Part shown: piece after piece, positions 1-9,400 of the stretch
How the letters are laid out: every line of letters begins with the position of its first letter
Position numbering within the stretch: position 1 is the stretch's first letter
Notes under the pieces: model-generated
Seen by the model: the letters and a program-made list of their open reading frames with translations, nothing else
Database searches by the model: none
What the model was told of the DNA's origin: nothing
IMG/VR virus record: IMGVR_UViG_3300043786_001636
Location: 1 to 57,007 of that record
Source: a virus
Taxonomy: Duplodnaviria; Caudoviricetes
DNA length: 57,007 nucleotides
Strand: one strand, 5' to 3'
Position numbers and translations under genes: made by a program

Positions 1-127
1 CCTGTGGGCGGGAGCGTGGCCACCGGGCCAACAGATGCCACCTTGTTGTTGCGTCTCGACCCGTTGCCGACGCGCCCCTGTACCATCGAAATTACGTTTT
101 CGCAAGCTCCGCCGACGTTGACGGTTG
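1..127. repeat. Terminal direct repeat, copy 1 (circular assembly overlap)
   Basis: Bases 1-127 are identical to 56881-57007. 127 is a common assembler k-mer size, and an ORF reads through the junction. Confidence 0.95.
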
Positions 128-351
128 CGGCGATGTGGGATGACAGCCTGTTGCCCGTCGAAGATCACCGCGTTCATTCCATCCTCATCCCGCTGTTCCG
201 GGCCGAACTGCTGGTCACGACGCTGTGGGCCAAGCCAGAGCTCGCTCAAATGGTTGTGGCCAACCAACAAGCCGCACTCAACCGGCTCATGCGCCTGCCT
301 ACTAATTTCGGTTCGTCCTCTGTGCGCATCGGCACTTCACTCGGTTACTGA
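1..351 (+). CDS. 3' part of an origin-spanning virion protein (putative head-tail adaptor/ring protein, about 310 aa, starts at 56299)
   Basis: Same frame as the ORF starting at ATG 56299. The segment LRLDPLP...LLPVEDHRVHSILIPL resembles the upstream adaptor-like gene. Confidence 0.65.
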   Translation, partial: PVGGSVATGPTDATLLLRLDPLPTRPCTIEITFSQAPPTLTVAAMWDDSLLPVEDHRVHSILIPLFRAELLVTTLWAKPELAQMVVANQQAALNRLMRLPTNFGSSSVRIGTSLGY

Positions 352-354
352 CCC

Positions 355-1212
355 ATGTTCTCCCGCAACGGCAAACTTTCTTCTCCGTCCGCCAAGTCAG
401 ACCACGTCTGGCGCCGCGAAAGCAGTGGTGCGGTCTACCCGATCACGCCAGAGGTTTCCTTGCCGGGCGTTTGGACGTCGGACGGCGTCATGGTGACGCC
501 CGCATTCAACCCAGCGGACGGGTCCGCTGCCGACCCGGCCTGGTCTGGCTACGAGACCGGCGAAATTGCACCGACTGCTGATTATTCCGTCACGGGACAA
601 ATTGATGAAATCCCGAGCGGCGCGAAGAACGGCAGCAACAAGGTGTTTACGTTGACGGAGTCTCCGGTCAGCATCAACCGGCTTTATGTAGAGTTGCGGG
701 GCACACTTTTGACCAAAGTGCTCGACTACGTGCTAGTGGACAACACCCTGACCCTCACCGCCAACGTGACTGCCCCCGCCGCCACCGATTCTTTTTGGGC
801 AACTTATTTTACCGCCGCCGAGATCCAATCAGCCGAACCGGGTCCAATTGCTCCCGTGACACCCCTTGGCAACGATGTCTTGGGTGTTTTTACCGCCGGA
901 GCTTCTTTGAGCGGCGGTCGTTTCGTCTACGTCATCGGCACCACGGTCACCTATGCCAACGCTGCCACGTTGGTCCCGGCCATGGGATTTATTGTGCAAG
1001 CCGTGGCCAACGCAGATGCAATTACGGTCTACAAAGAGGGCATCCTCACCGGCCTGACCGGACTCATTGCTGAGACAGATTACTTCTTGGGCGGCAACGG
1101 CCAAATCACCGCTGCCCCAGGCACCAGTTCCGGCATCATTCAGTTTGTCGGTCGATCTATTTCCACCACCAGCTTGCTTGTAGAAATCGACTCTCCAATC
1201 TTAATCCAATAA
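355..1212 (+). CDS. Virion structural protein with a C-terminal decoration/cement-like domain
   Basis: 285 aa, rich in Thr/Gly/Ala and beta-type. Contains an NGSNKVFTL motif. C-terminus is similar to the next gene. Confidence 0.6.
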   Translation: MFSRNGKLSSPSAKSDHVWRRESSGAVYPITPEVSLPGVWTSDGVMVTPAFNPADGSAADPAWSGYETGEIAPTADYSVTGQIDEIPSGAKNGSNKVFTLTESPVSINRLYVELRGTLLTKVLDYVLVDNTLTLTANVTAPAATDSFWATYFTAAEIQSAEPGPIAPVTPLGNDVLGVFTAGASLSGGRFVYVIGTTVTYANAATLVPAMGFIVQAVANADAITVYKEGILTGLTGLIAETDYFLGGNGQITAAPGTSSGIIQFVGRSISTTSLLVEIDSPILIQ

Positions 1213-1215
1213 GTT

Positions 1216-1731
1216 ATGCCAGCAGAAAAATACCAAACATTTGACGGCGGCCAAAAACTCAAACCGTTCCTCCAGACCTCAGCCGGAGCAGCGGACGCCG
1301 GAAAACCAGTCGCCCTTAATAACAGCGGCGAAATCGATTCGTCCATGCTTCCCAATCAGGATGCCGATTCGACGACCCTGCCAGCAAGCGAAAACCTCGC
1401 AGCGGGCGACCTCGTGAATATTTGGTCTGACTCCGGCACGCTCAAGGCGCGAAAAGCTGACGCAACCAGTTCAGCCAAACGGGCTGACGGCTACGTTCTT
1501 GCTGGAGTTACCAGCCCGGCGAACGCTGAGGTCTTTCATGACGGAGCCATCACCGGCCTGACTTCGCTGACCGTTGGCGGGCGCTACTACCTGTCCGCGA
1601 CTGCTGGAGGGTTGACCATCGAGGCTTCGGTTCCAACGACGACCGGAAACTTGATCCAGTTCGTTGGTCAGGCAGTGTCGGCCACCAAACTGCTCTACCA
1701 GCCCGACACGAACCCTCCGGTCATCGCCTAA
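1216..1731 (+). CDS. Virion structural/decoration-like protein
   Basis: 171 aa with motifs ASENLAAGDLVN, ARKADA, GGRYYLS and QFVGQA typical of a widespread phage structural family. Tightly packed in the operon. Confidence 0.6.
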   Translation: MPAEKYQTFDGGQKLKPFLQTSAGAADAGKPVALNNSGEIDSSMLPNQDADSTTLPASENLAAGDLVNIWSDSGTLKARKADATSSAKRADGYVLAGVTSPANAEVFHDGAITGLTSLTVGGRYYLSATAGGLTIEASVPTTTGNLIQFVGQAVSATKLLYQPDTNPPVIA

Positions 1732-2624
1732 TGCCAGATCTGAACCATGTCTGGACCGGCAGCGGCTTTGCCTTAAAAGCTGCTACCGGAACGGATGTCA
1801 AACTTTACACCGCCGGCGACACCTGGGTGAACCCTTCGCCAGATGTCGCGAAACGGGTTTTCGTTCGGCTAGTTGGCGGAGGCGGAGGCGGCGGGTCTGG
1901 TCGGAAGGGCGCGGCTGGAGAAATTCGCTGCGGCGGCGGCGGCGGCGCTGGCGGATGCGTCGTCGAGGGCTGGCTGCTAACGACCGACATCAACGACGAA
2001 GGAGGCATCTCCGTTACGGTTGGCGCAGCGGGCCTGGGCGGTGAGTCCGTCACCAGCAGCTCAACTAACGGCAATGCGGGGACCGCTGGCGGCGCGACTA
2101 TTTTTTCGCATTACCAAGCCTCTGGCGGAGGCGGCGGCGGCGGCGGGACGACCAGTGCGGGAACCGCGGGCGCTGCGGTAAGCAACGGAAACAACATTGG
2201 CCTTACGTTTTTGAATAGCATTCCTGGCGGCGCTGCTTCTGGCACCGGGACCGCTGGAGCGGCTCCGGCAGCGACTGCGCTGTCCCTGCCAACTGGCGGC
2301 GGTGCGGGCGGCGGTATCACTGCCGCGAATGCGACCTCAAACGGAGGCGCGGGCGGTCAAAGCGGAAATTCAACGCTAGGACAGCTAAACGGGGGTTCGG
2401 GTGGAACAACAGGAAACGGTGGCGCTGGCAACCCAGGAAAGGGCGCGGGAACAGGCGGCGGCGGCGGGGCTTCGCGCAGGACCGGGGCTGCCCCAAACGG
2501 CGGAGCGGGTGGCGGATTTGGCGGCGGCGGCGGCGGCGGAGGCGCGGGCGAAAATAGCGGCGCGAACAGCGGCGCGGGAGGAAACGGTGCCTCGGGTTAC
2601 GCTCTTATTATTACCTATTTATGA
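1731..2624 (+). CDS. Glycine-rich tail fibre/receptor-binding-type protein
   Basis: VRLVGGGGGGGSG...GAGGNGASGYALI glycine-rich domain. Start overlaps the upstream stop. Confidence 0.7.
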   Translation: MPDLNHVWTGSGFALKAATGTDVKLYTAGDTWVNPSPDVAKRVFVRLVGGGGGGGSGRKGAAGEIRCGGGGGAGGCVVEGWLLTTDINDEGGISVTVGAAGLGGESVTSSSTNGNAGTAGGATIFSHYQASGGGGGGGGTTSAGTAGAAVSNGNNIGLTFLNSIPGGAASGTGTAGAAPAATALSLPTGGGAGGGITAANATSNGGAGGQSGNSTLGQLNGGSGGTTGNGGAGNPGKGAGTGGGGGASRRTGAAPNGGAGGGFGGGGGGGGAGENSGANSGAGGNGASGYALIITYL

Positions 2625-3004
2625 AGCGAGTCGCACACATTGCTGACGGCCAAATCGTTAACGTCAGTCTGGCCAGCGACGACTGGACGCCGCCCGAAAA
2701 CGGCACCCAGATGCTTGAGGAGGACGCGATTGCGGCGGGCATCCCTCGATGGGCTCGCCCGACCGTTTTTGAGCCTGCACCAAGCTGGAAAGTTAAGGTG
2801 TGGTTGATCCGCCAAGGCGTAGACTTAGCCGACATCCCGCAAATCTTGGCGCAGCAAATTCCAATGGGCCCCGAACTAGAAGAAGCGCTTTTGCGTTGGG
2901 AGCACGCGCCCGAAGTGCCGTTCAATCACCCTTTGGTTGGCCTCATTTCATCCGCCCTGAACCTCGACCCGGAAAATGCATGGCCGCAGATCTTGGCGAT
3001 TTGA
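2621..3004 (+). CDS. Hypothetical protein, possibly tail fibre assembly
   Basis: 127 aa, overlapping the stop of the Gly-rich gene. N-terminus MKRVAHIADGQIVNV is typical of fibre-associated proteins. Confidence 0.5.
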   Translation: MKRVAHIADGQIVNVSLASDDWTPPENGTQMLEEDAIAAGIPRWARPTVFEPAPSWKVKVWLIRQGVDLADIPQILAQQIPMGPELEEALLRWEHAPEVPFNHPLVGLISSALNLDPENAWPQILAI

Positions 3005-3017
3005 CACCTTAAAAACA

Positions 3018-3359
3018 ATGAGCAACCAACCTATCATTCGCGACAAAGCCGTCACCGGCACTAGCCCAAGGACCGTTTTGGTGCGAGCGGGCGCCTATTT
3101 TATTGAGGCCAAAGATACAAATTCCGGCACAATCAAAATCAAACGAGGCGACGCCGCCGTGTTTGCGACTGGCCAAACGTCGTTTTCAAGAAACCTGCCA
3201 GCGGTCAACACCGTGCAACGCACCCATCCTGACACTTGGATTGAATTCTCCAGCGGATCTGGAATCGTCACTGCCGAGTACGACAAAGACTGTGGGGACA
3301 TTTACGTCTACGGCGCAACCGTGGCAATTGCGGACGCTGCCGTCGCTCTGAAAAGTTGA
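3018..3359 (+). CDS. Hypothetical structural protein
   Basis: ATG at 3018 after an A-rich leader; lies in the structural operon. Confidence 0.55.
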   Translation: MSNQPIIRDKAVTGTSPRTVLVRAGAYFIEAKDTNSGTIKIKRGDAAVFATGQTSFSRNLPAVNTVQRTHPDTWIEFSSGSGIVTAEYDKDCGDIYVYGATVAIADAAVALKS

Positions 3360-3422
3360 ATTTTAAAATTTCTGTCCCCAAGGCTTGCGACCTTTGCCCA
3401 AAGAACAGCAGCAACACCACAA

Positions 3423-4661
3423 ATGAACGACTACATTGACTTCAAAAATCGCGGCGCCGACCAGGCTCTGCATCGGGAACCGGGAGCGTCCACCGCTCTG
3501 CGGATTCAGGCTAGGGACGGCAAATTGTTCGCGCAAACTCGCGACAATGACGCCTCCGTCATTGCGGACCTCTCCAAATCTGCCTCGGATCTTGCCGAGA
3601 CTGTGCGCTACATCCCGACCATTGACACGCAGGGAAGCATTAACGCGAAGACCACGATTAAAATCGTGGCCCAGACGCCAAGCGGCAAACCCGTGCGGCG
3701 CTCCGCCCATCGTCTTCGGGTCCGCGTTCACGATGCTGGAACAGTCACGCTTGCCGAAAGCGCAACAATGGCTGTGGCCAACGCAACAACGTTGCTGACA
3801 AACCTCGACAGCAACAAAGACATCCTCATTGAAGAGGCCGCTGTGGCCAGGTTGACCACCGCATTGACTGGCGCCAACAACGATCTCGTCTACACGTCGG
3901 TCCTTGCTGGAGCCAGCGGCAACGCCACGACCGTGGCCTACGTCAACCCCGGCACCGCTTCCGCTGCGTTGTCTGTAGCCGTCACGGGTCAGGCGATCAC
4001 GGTCAACCTCGCCACCAATGCCGGGACGGCCCAAGTTGAAACCGCCACTGTGGTTGCCGCGGCTGGCGCAACTGAGAACGGCACCTTGCACGTCACGGTG
4101 ACCTCGGCAGCTATTTCGGGGTCGCCGGTCATTGTCCCGGTTTCCCTCACGACCGCCGATGACACCGCCGCAAAAGTGGCCACTGCCATCCGCGCGGCCC
4201 TCACTGCCAACACTGCCACCGCGGCAGCGTTCACGGTTGGCGGATCTACTGCCGCAGTCACTTTGACCGCTAAAATCGCCGCAGCAAACGACAGCACACT
4301 GAACATCGTTTGGACGGACGCCGTTGCCGGTGTGGCCGAGGTTACTGCTTCAACCAACACCACCGCAGGCGCGGCCCCAGCAATCACCTCCACCGCCGCT
4401 CAGGTCGAAACCGCAATCGAGGCGTCAACCGCTGCCAGCGCTTTGGTCACGGTCGCAAATGCTTCCGGCAATGACGGCACCGGCATTGTCACGGCTTTGG
4501 CGCCAACCAACCTCGCGGGCGGCAACGCAAGCGGAGACGTGTTCTGGCTCGAATTGACCAAAGGTTCGGCTGGTACCGTCACCATCGAAACGGGTCCGGC
4601 TCCCTTTGGGGAAATCACTTTGGGAGATTTCAGCACCAAACTGAACGTGACCCACGCTTAA
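3423..4661 (+). CDS. Ala/Thr-rich virion protein with nested sheath-like beta domains
   Basis: 412 aa. AGASGNATTVAY...ITVNLAT...TNLAGG motif set interrupted by a second QVETATV...TTAG domain. Confidence 0.6.
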   Translation: MNDYIDFKNRGADQALHREPGASTALRIQARDGKLFAQTRDNDASVIADLSKSASDLAETVRYIPTIDTQGSINAKTTIKIVAQTPSGKPVRRSAHRLRVRVHDAGTVTLAESATMAVANATTLLTNLDSNKDILIEEAAVARLTTALTGANNDLVYTSVLAGASGNATTVAYVNPGTASAALSVAVTGQAITVNLATNAGTAQVETATVVAAAGATENGTLHVTVTSAAISGSPVIVPVSLTTADDTAAKVATAIRAALTANTATAAAFTVGGSTAAVTLTAKIAAANDSTLNIVWTDAVAGVAEVTASTNTTAGAAPAITSTAAQVETAIEASTAASALVTVANASGNDGTGIVTALAPTNLAGGNASGDVFWLELTKGSAGTVTIETGPAPFGEITLGDFSTKLNVTHA

Positions 4662-4693
4662 TTTCCCGTCCTGCCGACGGGCCATCCCACACA

Positions 4694-4723
4694 AATCCCG
4701 CCCCGGTTCGCTGGGGCGGGATT
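4694..4723 (+). terminator. 13-bp GC-rich stem-loop with a TTCG loop; possible terminator or mRNA stabiliser
   Basis: AATCCCGCCCCGG-TTCG-CTGGGGCGGGATT, intergenic, no clear U-tract. Confidence 0.5.
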
Positions 4724-4729
4724 CGGGCC

Positions 4730-4858
4730 ATGAAATTCGCCGTGTTTCTTTTTTTGTTCCTTTGGTTGGCTTTCTTGGGAACTGAGATCACCGAGCCCAA
4801 TGTTGTCCTCGGCATTGCGGCAATGTCCTGCGCCATGTTTTTCTTCGGCAAACTATGA
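4730..4858 (+). CDS. 42-aa small membrane protein (not in the ORF track)
   Basis: MKFAVFLFLFLWLAFLGTEITEPNVVLGIAAMSCAMFFFGKL, two hydrophobic stretches. Its TGA overlaps the ATG at 4855. Confidence 0.55.
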   Translation: MKFAVFLFLFLWLAFLGTEITEPNVVLGIAAMSCAMFFFGKL

Positions 4859-5586
4859 GCAACAGACCACAAGCCGAGCAGGACGATTTCTTCCCGCTTC
4901 TGGCGGCGCCCGTGCATCCTATCTACGCAAAGAAGATGCACCCCACGGCGCTGCATGGCATCGCCATGCACAACCATCGCTGCCAAGTCCACACGCAGTC
5001 CGTCGCTCAACAACTCCAAAACAAAGTTGCCGGGTTGTCGTTGGAATATTTCGTCGATGGAAAAGGGCAAAAATGGGCTGCGCTCATGCGCCCGGCGGGC
5101 GGAGGGGCAGTGACGCGACGTCCGTTGACTTTGTATTCGACGCAAGTAAACAACCAAGAACGGATTGCAATTCAACCGGGAACGGTGAGCCTTGGCACGG
5201 AGGATCTCAGCATCTCCGACGACGGAGACGTCTTGACGGTGTCCGTGCCGGCGCAAAGCAAAGATCTGGTGCTGCGCCTTGATTTGGTTCCCGGTGCAAT
5301 GGCGCTTGCGTATCTTGCCGATCCTCAGACGGTTCGATACTACGCACAAGGAGTCGCCAGCGTTGTTGATTGGGCAATAAATTGGGAAACTCCAAACCAA
5401 CAATCCGAGCGGGCTGAGGTTGACCCTGTGAGCGGCGAGCCAATCGTGACCGGCACTTATTACGTCCGCATCGGGCGCGCAACGGTGAACGGAGAAACCG
5501 TCACTTTGACAAACTACAAATACGGACCGCTCGCCATAAACCTTTGCGCCAACGGCGATCTGGTCATTGCGCAATTGGAGCCATGA
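4855..5586 (+). CDS. Hypothetical virion/tail protein
   Basis: 243 aa, ATGA-coupled at both ends. Confidence 0.6.
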   Translation: MSNRPQAEQDDFFPLLAAPVHPIYAKKMHPTALHGIAMHNHRCQVHTQSVAQQLQNKVAGLSLEYFVDGKGQKWAALMRPAGGGAVTRRPLTLYSTQVNNQERIAIQPGTVSLGTEDLSISDDGDVLTVSVPAQSKDLVLRLDLVPGAMALAYLADPQTVRYYAQGVASVVDWAINWETPNQQSERAEVDPVSGEPIVTGTYYVRIGRATVNGETVTLTNYKYGPLAINLCANGDLVIAQLEP

Positions 5587-6416
5587 ATTGCGGTTGTTGT
5601 CGAGTCGTAAGCGAAGGCGAAGTGATTGCCGCCATCAGCGGCACCGTTGCAGGCGGGTGGGCAACTGTTCTTCCAGGCTTCGGAAGCAGCTTTGAGGCCG
5701 ATGGCTTCCCTGATCCCCCCCCCGGCGGCGTGATCAGTGCCTATGCAATCACCCGGGTCTACCAGCAATACCGCACGAGCAACAACGAGTTAATCGGGGA
5801 GGTGGACGGCGTCCAAACGAATGGGACGATTGATCCCCTCCAAATTTGGCTCCCAAACGAATTCGGCGGATTCGACCAAATCAAAGCGCCTGGAGACCCG
5901 GAAATTGAAGAGACAGGCAACAATCCCACCAATGACGGGGAATTCTATTACGTTTACCTGCACGACCGCTGGGACACGGGAACCTGGACCACTGTTTCTA
6001 CAACCACAACCACAGAAACCGTTGCCATCGAAACGTCTGGCGGGCAAACCTACATCGACGAAGAGCGCCTCAACGGTGGACTGGTCTATCGCAAGGTTTG
6101 GGGGCCGATCATCGGGACCGTAGACCACGATGCAATCATGCAGACGCATGCCCATTTAGAGTTTCCTGTCCGCAACTTAACCAATGATTTCGATTGCGCT
6201 GGCGTAGACCTTGGCACCGTGCTTTCCGTGCATGACGAGGTTGCAAACGAAAGCGTTTTGCAAACTGTGGTCATGGACCAACAACAGGTCACCATACCGT
6301 TGCCGACCACCATGAGCGAGGAGGTCGATGGGGTTTCAGGCGCGCTGAACAATTGGGGTTTTGCTTCCCGCTCAATCAATCATTGCCGCAAACTGGGGGC
6401 GCCGGCAATCCTTTAA
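5583..6416 (+). CDS. Hypothetical acidic virion/tail protein
   Basis: Starts MNCGCC at ATG 5583, coupled to the upstream stop. Its end overlaps the giant gene's stop by 4 bp. Confidence 0.6.
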   Translation: MNCGCCRVVSEGEVIAAISGTVAGGWATVLPGFGSSFEADGFPDPPPGGVISAYAITRVYQQYRTSNNELIGEVDGVQTNGTIDPLQIWLPNEFGGFDQIKAPGDPEIEETGNNPTNDGEFYYVYLHDRWDTGTWTTVSTTTTTETVAIETSGGQTYIDEERLNGGLVYRKVWGPIIGTVDHDAIMQTHAHLEFPVRNLTNDFDCAGVDLGTVLSVHDEVANESVLQTVVMDQQQVTIPLPTTMSEEVDGVSGALNNWGFASRSINHCRKLGAPAIL

Positions 6417-9400
6417 TCTTCCAACGGCACCATGTATGCACCCGGCTTTACCGGAGGATTCTGGCCGGGCAACGGCAAATTGTAGCCGCCCTGTTGTTCT
6501 TCTGCCGCTTGTTGTTTGCGCAACCGCAACACCTCTGGCCAAATGTCGCGAATCGCAGTCTGCTTCATGGCCAACCATTCTTTTGTCAGCTTTTCGACGC
6601 TGGCCCGTTCCACCGGACTGATTTCCTTCAGGAAACGCGCCCGCCGATCCTCGCCCTTCTCACCCTTTTCTCCGCGCAAATTGCTCAATGGGTCGCGCGA
6701 ATCGATGATCTCGGCAAATTGTTTGGCCGTGAGAACGGCGTTTGGAGCTTTTCTGTCTTTGGCGCCGATCCGCCCCAGCGCATCAAGCTCGCGTTGCACG
6801 GCCCGAGGGTTGTTGTTCAGGATTGCCTGATAGATCCGTTGCCGAGCTCGCCCAATCCGATCCGTGTCGCCGCCTGGCTCTGGACCGAGGCCGATGCCGT
6901 TCCTCTGCGCCCAACGGTTGGCAATACGCCACACCTGCGGGGTTGCGTTGCGGATGTCGATGCCGGTCCAAGAGCGCAACACGTCGCCGCCTGCAGTGCG
7001 CTTGGCCATGGTGGACCGCTGGACGTTGCCCAAATCCATTCGTTGCGCCAAGTCCTTCAACGGCGATTGCGGCGGCAACAAATTCACGCCGAGGTCAGCA
7101 GTCCGAGGCACGGCGCCCGAACTCGTGATCGGCGCCGGCGCAAGGGTGTTGTAGAGCGCTTTCAAAATTGCGCCAGCTTGTTCCCACCAGCGCATCTCGG
7201 AATGGATCACCGGCTTGTCCGTGAACACGTCGCGGTTCATGAGCGTCGCGATTGCCATTGAGGTCATCGGGCTGGACAACCAACCGCGGCCCAGACGAAC
7301 CAGCATGGGGTCAGGTTCGCGCCCTTCCTCGACTCTCATGCCAACCGATGATGCGTATGGGTTGACGTTCGTCAGGTCGATTTGCTGCAGTTCTCCGTTC
7401 ACCACGAACGGCATCGACATGTAGAAATCAAGCGGGCCGAGTTTCTGGTGACCGCGCAATTCAGCTTGCACCGCTTCCTTGTCGTCGTCGTCGTAGCCCA
7501 GCAAAGTCAACCCGATGTGCGTCAGCAGCGTCGGCATTGCCATGTACTTCAAAAAAGTGGCGGGCCGGTAGCGAATGGCGTTGTTCGCGATCCGCATGGA
7601 TTCTGCGTAGAACGAGTAGAACGGCATGATCGTGCGCTTCAGAGTGCGCACCGTGCCGCTCTGGGCGACCTCGTCGTAGTAGGGAAACCATTGCCGCACG
7701 TATTCCGCGGCGGCTTTTGGCGAAAGCCCCGATTTCCGGGCTTTCACGTAGGCCGCAGCTTTGAACAGGGCGTCCTCAACTTGGTAGGCGTTGTTGACGT
7801 TCTCACGCAGTTTGCCCAAAACGGCTGCAAACCCGGTCAGATTGGGGCTAGGCCCCATCAGAGCTTGGATGGCGGTTGCAAATTCCTGCTGGCCGATGTC
7901 TGCCCCAAGCACGCCTTGGTCGTAAAGCTCGGCGTAGTTCACCGACCCGGCGGCCTGGCGTTTGACCACCAACGTCCAAGCGTCGCTGTAATACCCCCAG
8001 TTCGCGGGGCTCACCGGAGACACGCCGGCAAAGTCCGCAAACATGATGTTGCCGAGAATATTGCGCCCGTGTGTGGCCGGGTTCCAGACCGTTTTTCCTT
8101 CCTTCCACGCAGCCATCAACGCATCGTAAATCTTGACCGCATCATCCCCCGCTTTCGCCAAGGTGTAGAGGTCGCGTGCTAGGTTTTCCTCCACGTATTT
8201 TCCAGCAATTGCCCCGAGGGCTTTGTTGTCGCCCATGCGCACAAACCCGGGGCGCAACGTGTCGCTGACCAGTTCCGGGTTGACTGCCATTTTTGCAAAC
8301 ATTTGCGCAAGCGCAATGTCGTGGTCCATGACGCTGACGATTTTGCCGACAACGTAGCCCGGGTCGCGGATCAACCCCATTGCCGTCAATTCAGCGTCGG
8401 TCTTCGGCTCGATCAATTCGTATTCGTCAGCAATTTGCTGCCGCACGTTGCGGATCTGACTGCGCAATCCAATTTCCAAACGGTCGGCCTGTTTGACCAT
8501 GTTCGGCGTGATGTCCATTCGCCGAGCCGTCTGCTCATCGAGGAAATTGGCAAACCACGCATCGCGTTCAGCAGCGCTGTCAAAGCGCCATCTGCCGTCT
8601 GCGGAGTGCGGCACGGGTTTGGGTTTTGCGCCCGGGATCACCACGGCGTAAGCATCCGAGAGGCGCGCCATGGTGTATTCCAGGTTCATTTTGTTTTTGA
8701 GCATCTTCCGGTCGTTGTGCCGTTCCAACGCATCGCCGATGATCCCCATGAGCCCGTAGCGGTTGGCTTCATGCTTCAGGTAAAATCGCCGCAGGTAAGT
8801 TCCGAGACCTGCGGCGACTGTGGTTGGGTTGAGGATGCCCGCTTTGGCAGCCTGCCTTGACAAAACGTCGATGGTGCGGCGCGCGGCCTGCGCCACGGGC
8901 CGAGCCTCTGGCGGCACCGCAGCAATCGGAGCATCGCCAACGAGGTAATCGAAGATGGCACGCTGCGCGACTGGGTCTTGCGCAATGGCTTTCGGTAAAT
9001 GCAACCCCAATACCTCCGAAGTTCCGCCCTCGCGAAACAAACGCAGCCATTCTTTGCCGCGCATGTTTGCCCGGCTCATGCCGATGTTCGCCTCGCGTTG
9101 CGCCGCAACCGCTTCCGCTGCAACGCCCCAGTGCGGAATGAGTTCGGCGGGCGCCTTTTCCAACACCATCTTGGCGATGGGTCCGATCATGGGGATGCGC
9201 TCGACAATGTTTGCTGCGGTCTCCAAGCCTTTTGCAATGTTGCGCTGGATTTCCGGGTTTGCCGGGTCGGTCGAGGCCAACGCCGAGGAGATGACGCGGC
9301 CCGTCGTCTGGTTCAGCGCGCGCTCCAAGCCGATGCCGCCCATGCCGAGGGCGACTGGCGTTCTGAGGTTGGCTGCAAGAGTTTGCGCGTCGCGGGCTTC

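Noticed and set aside
1-127. Biological terminal repeat of a linear genome
   Set aside because: It is exactly 127 bp and falls mid-gene, so it is best explained as assembler k-mer overlap.
1875-2600. GGC microsatellites as contingency loci
   Set aside because: They are explained by poly-glycine coding in the Gly-rich fibre domain.
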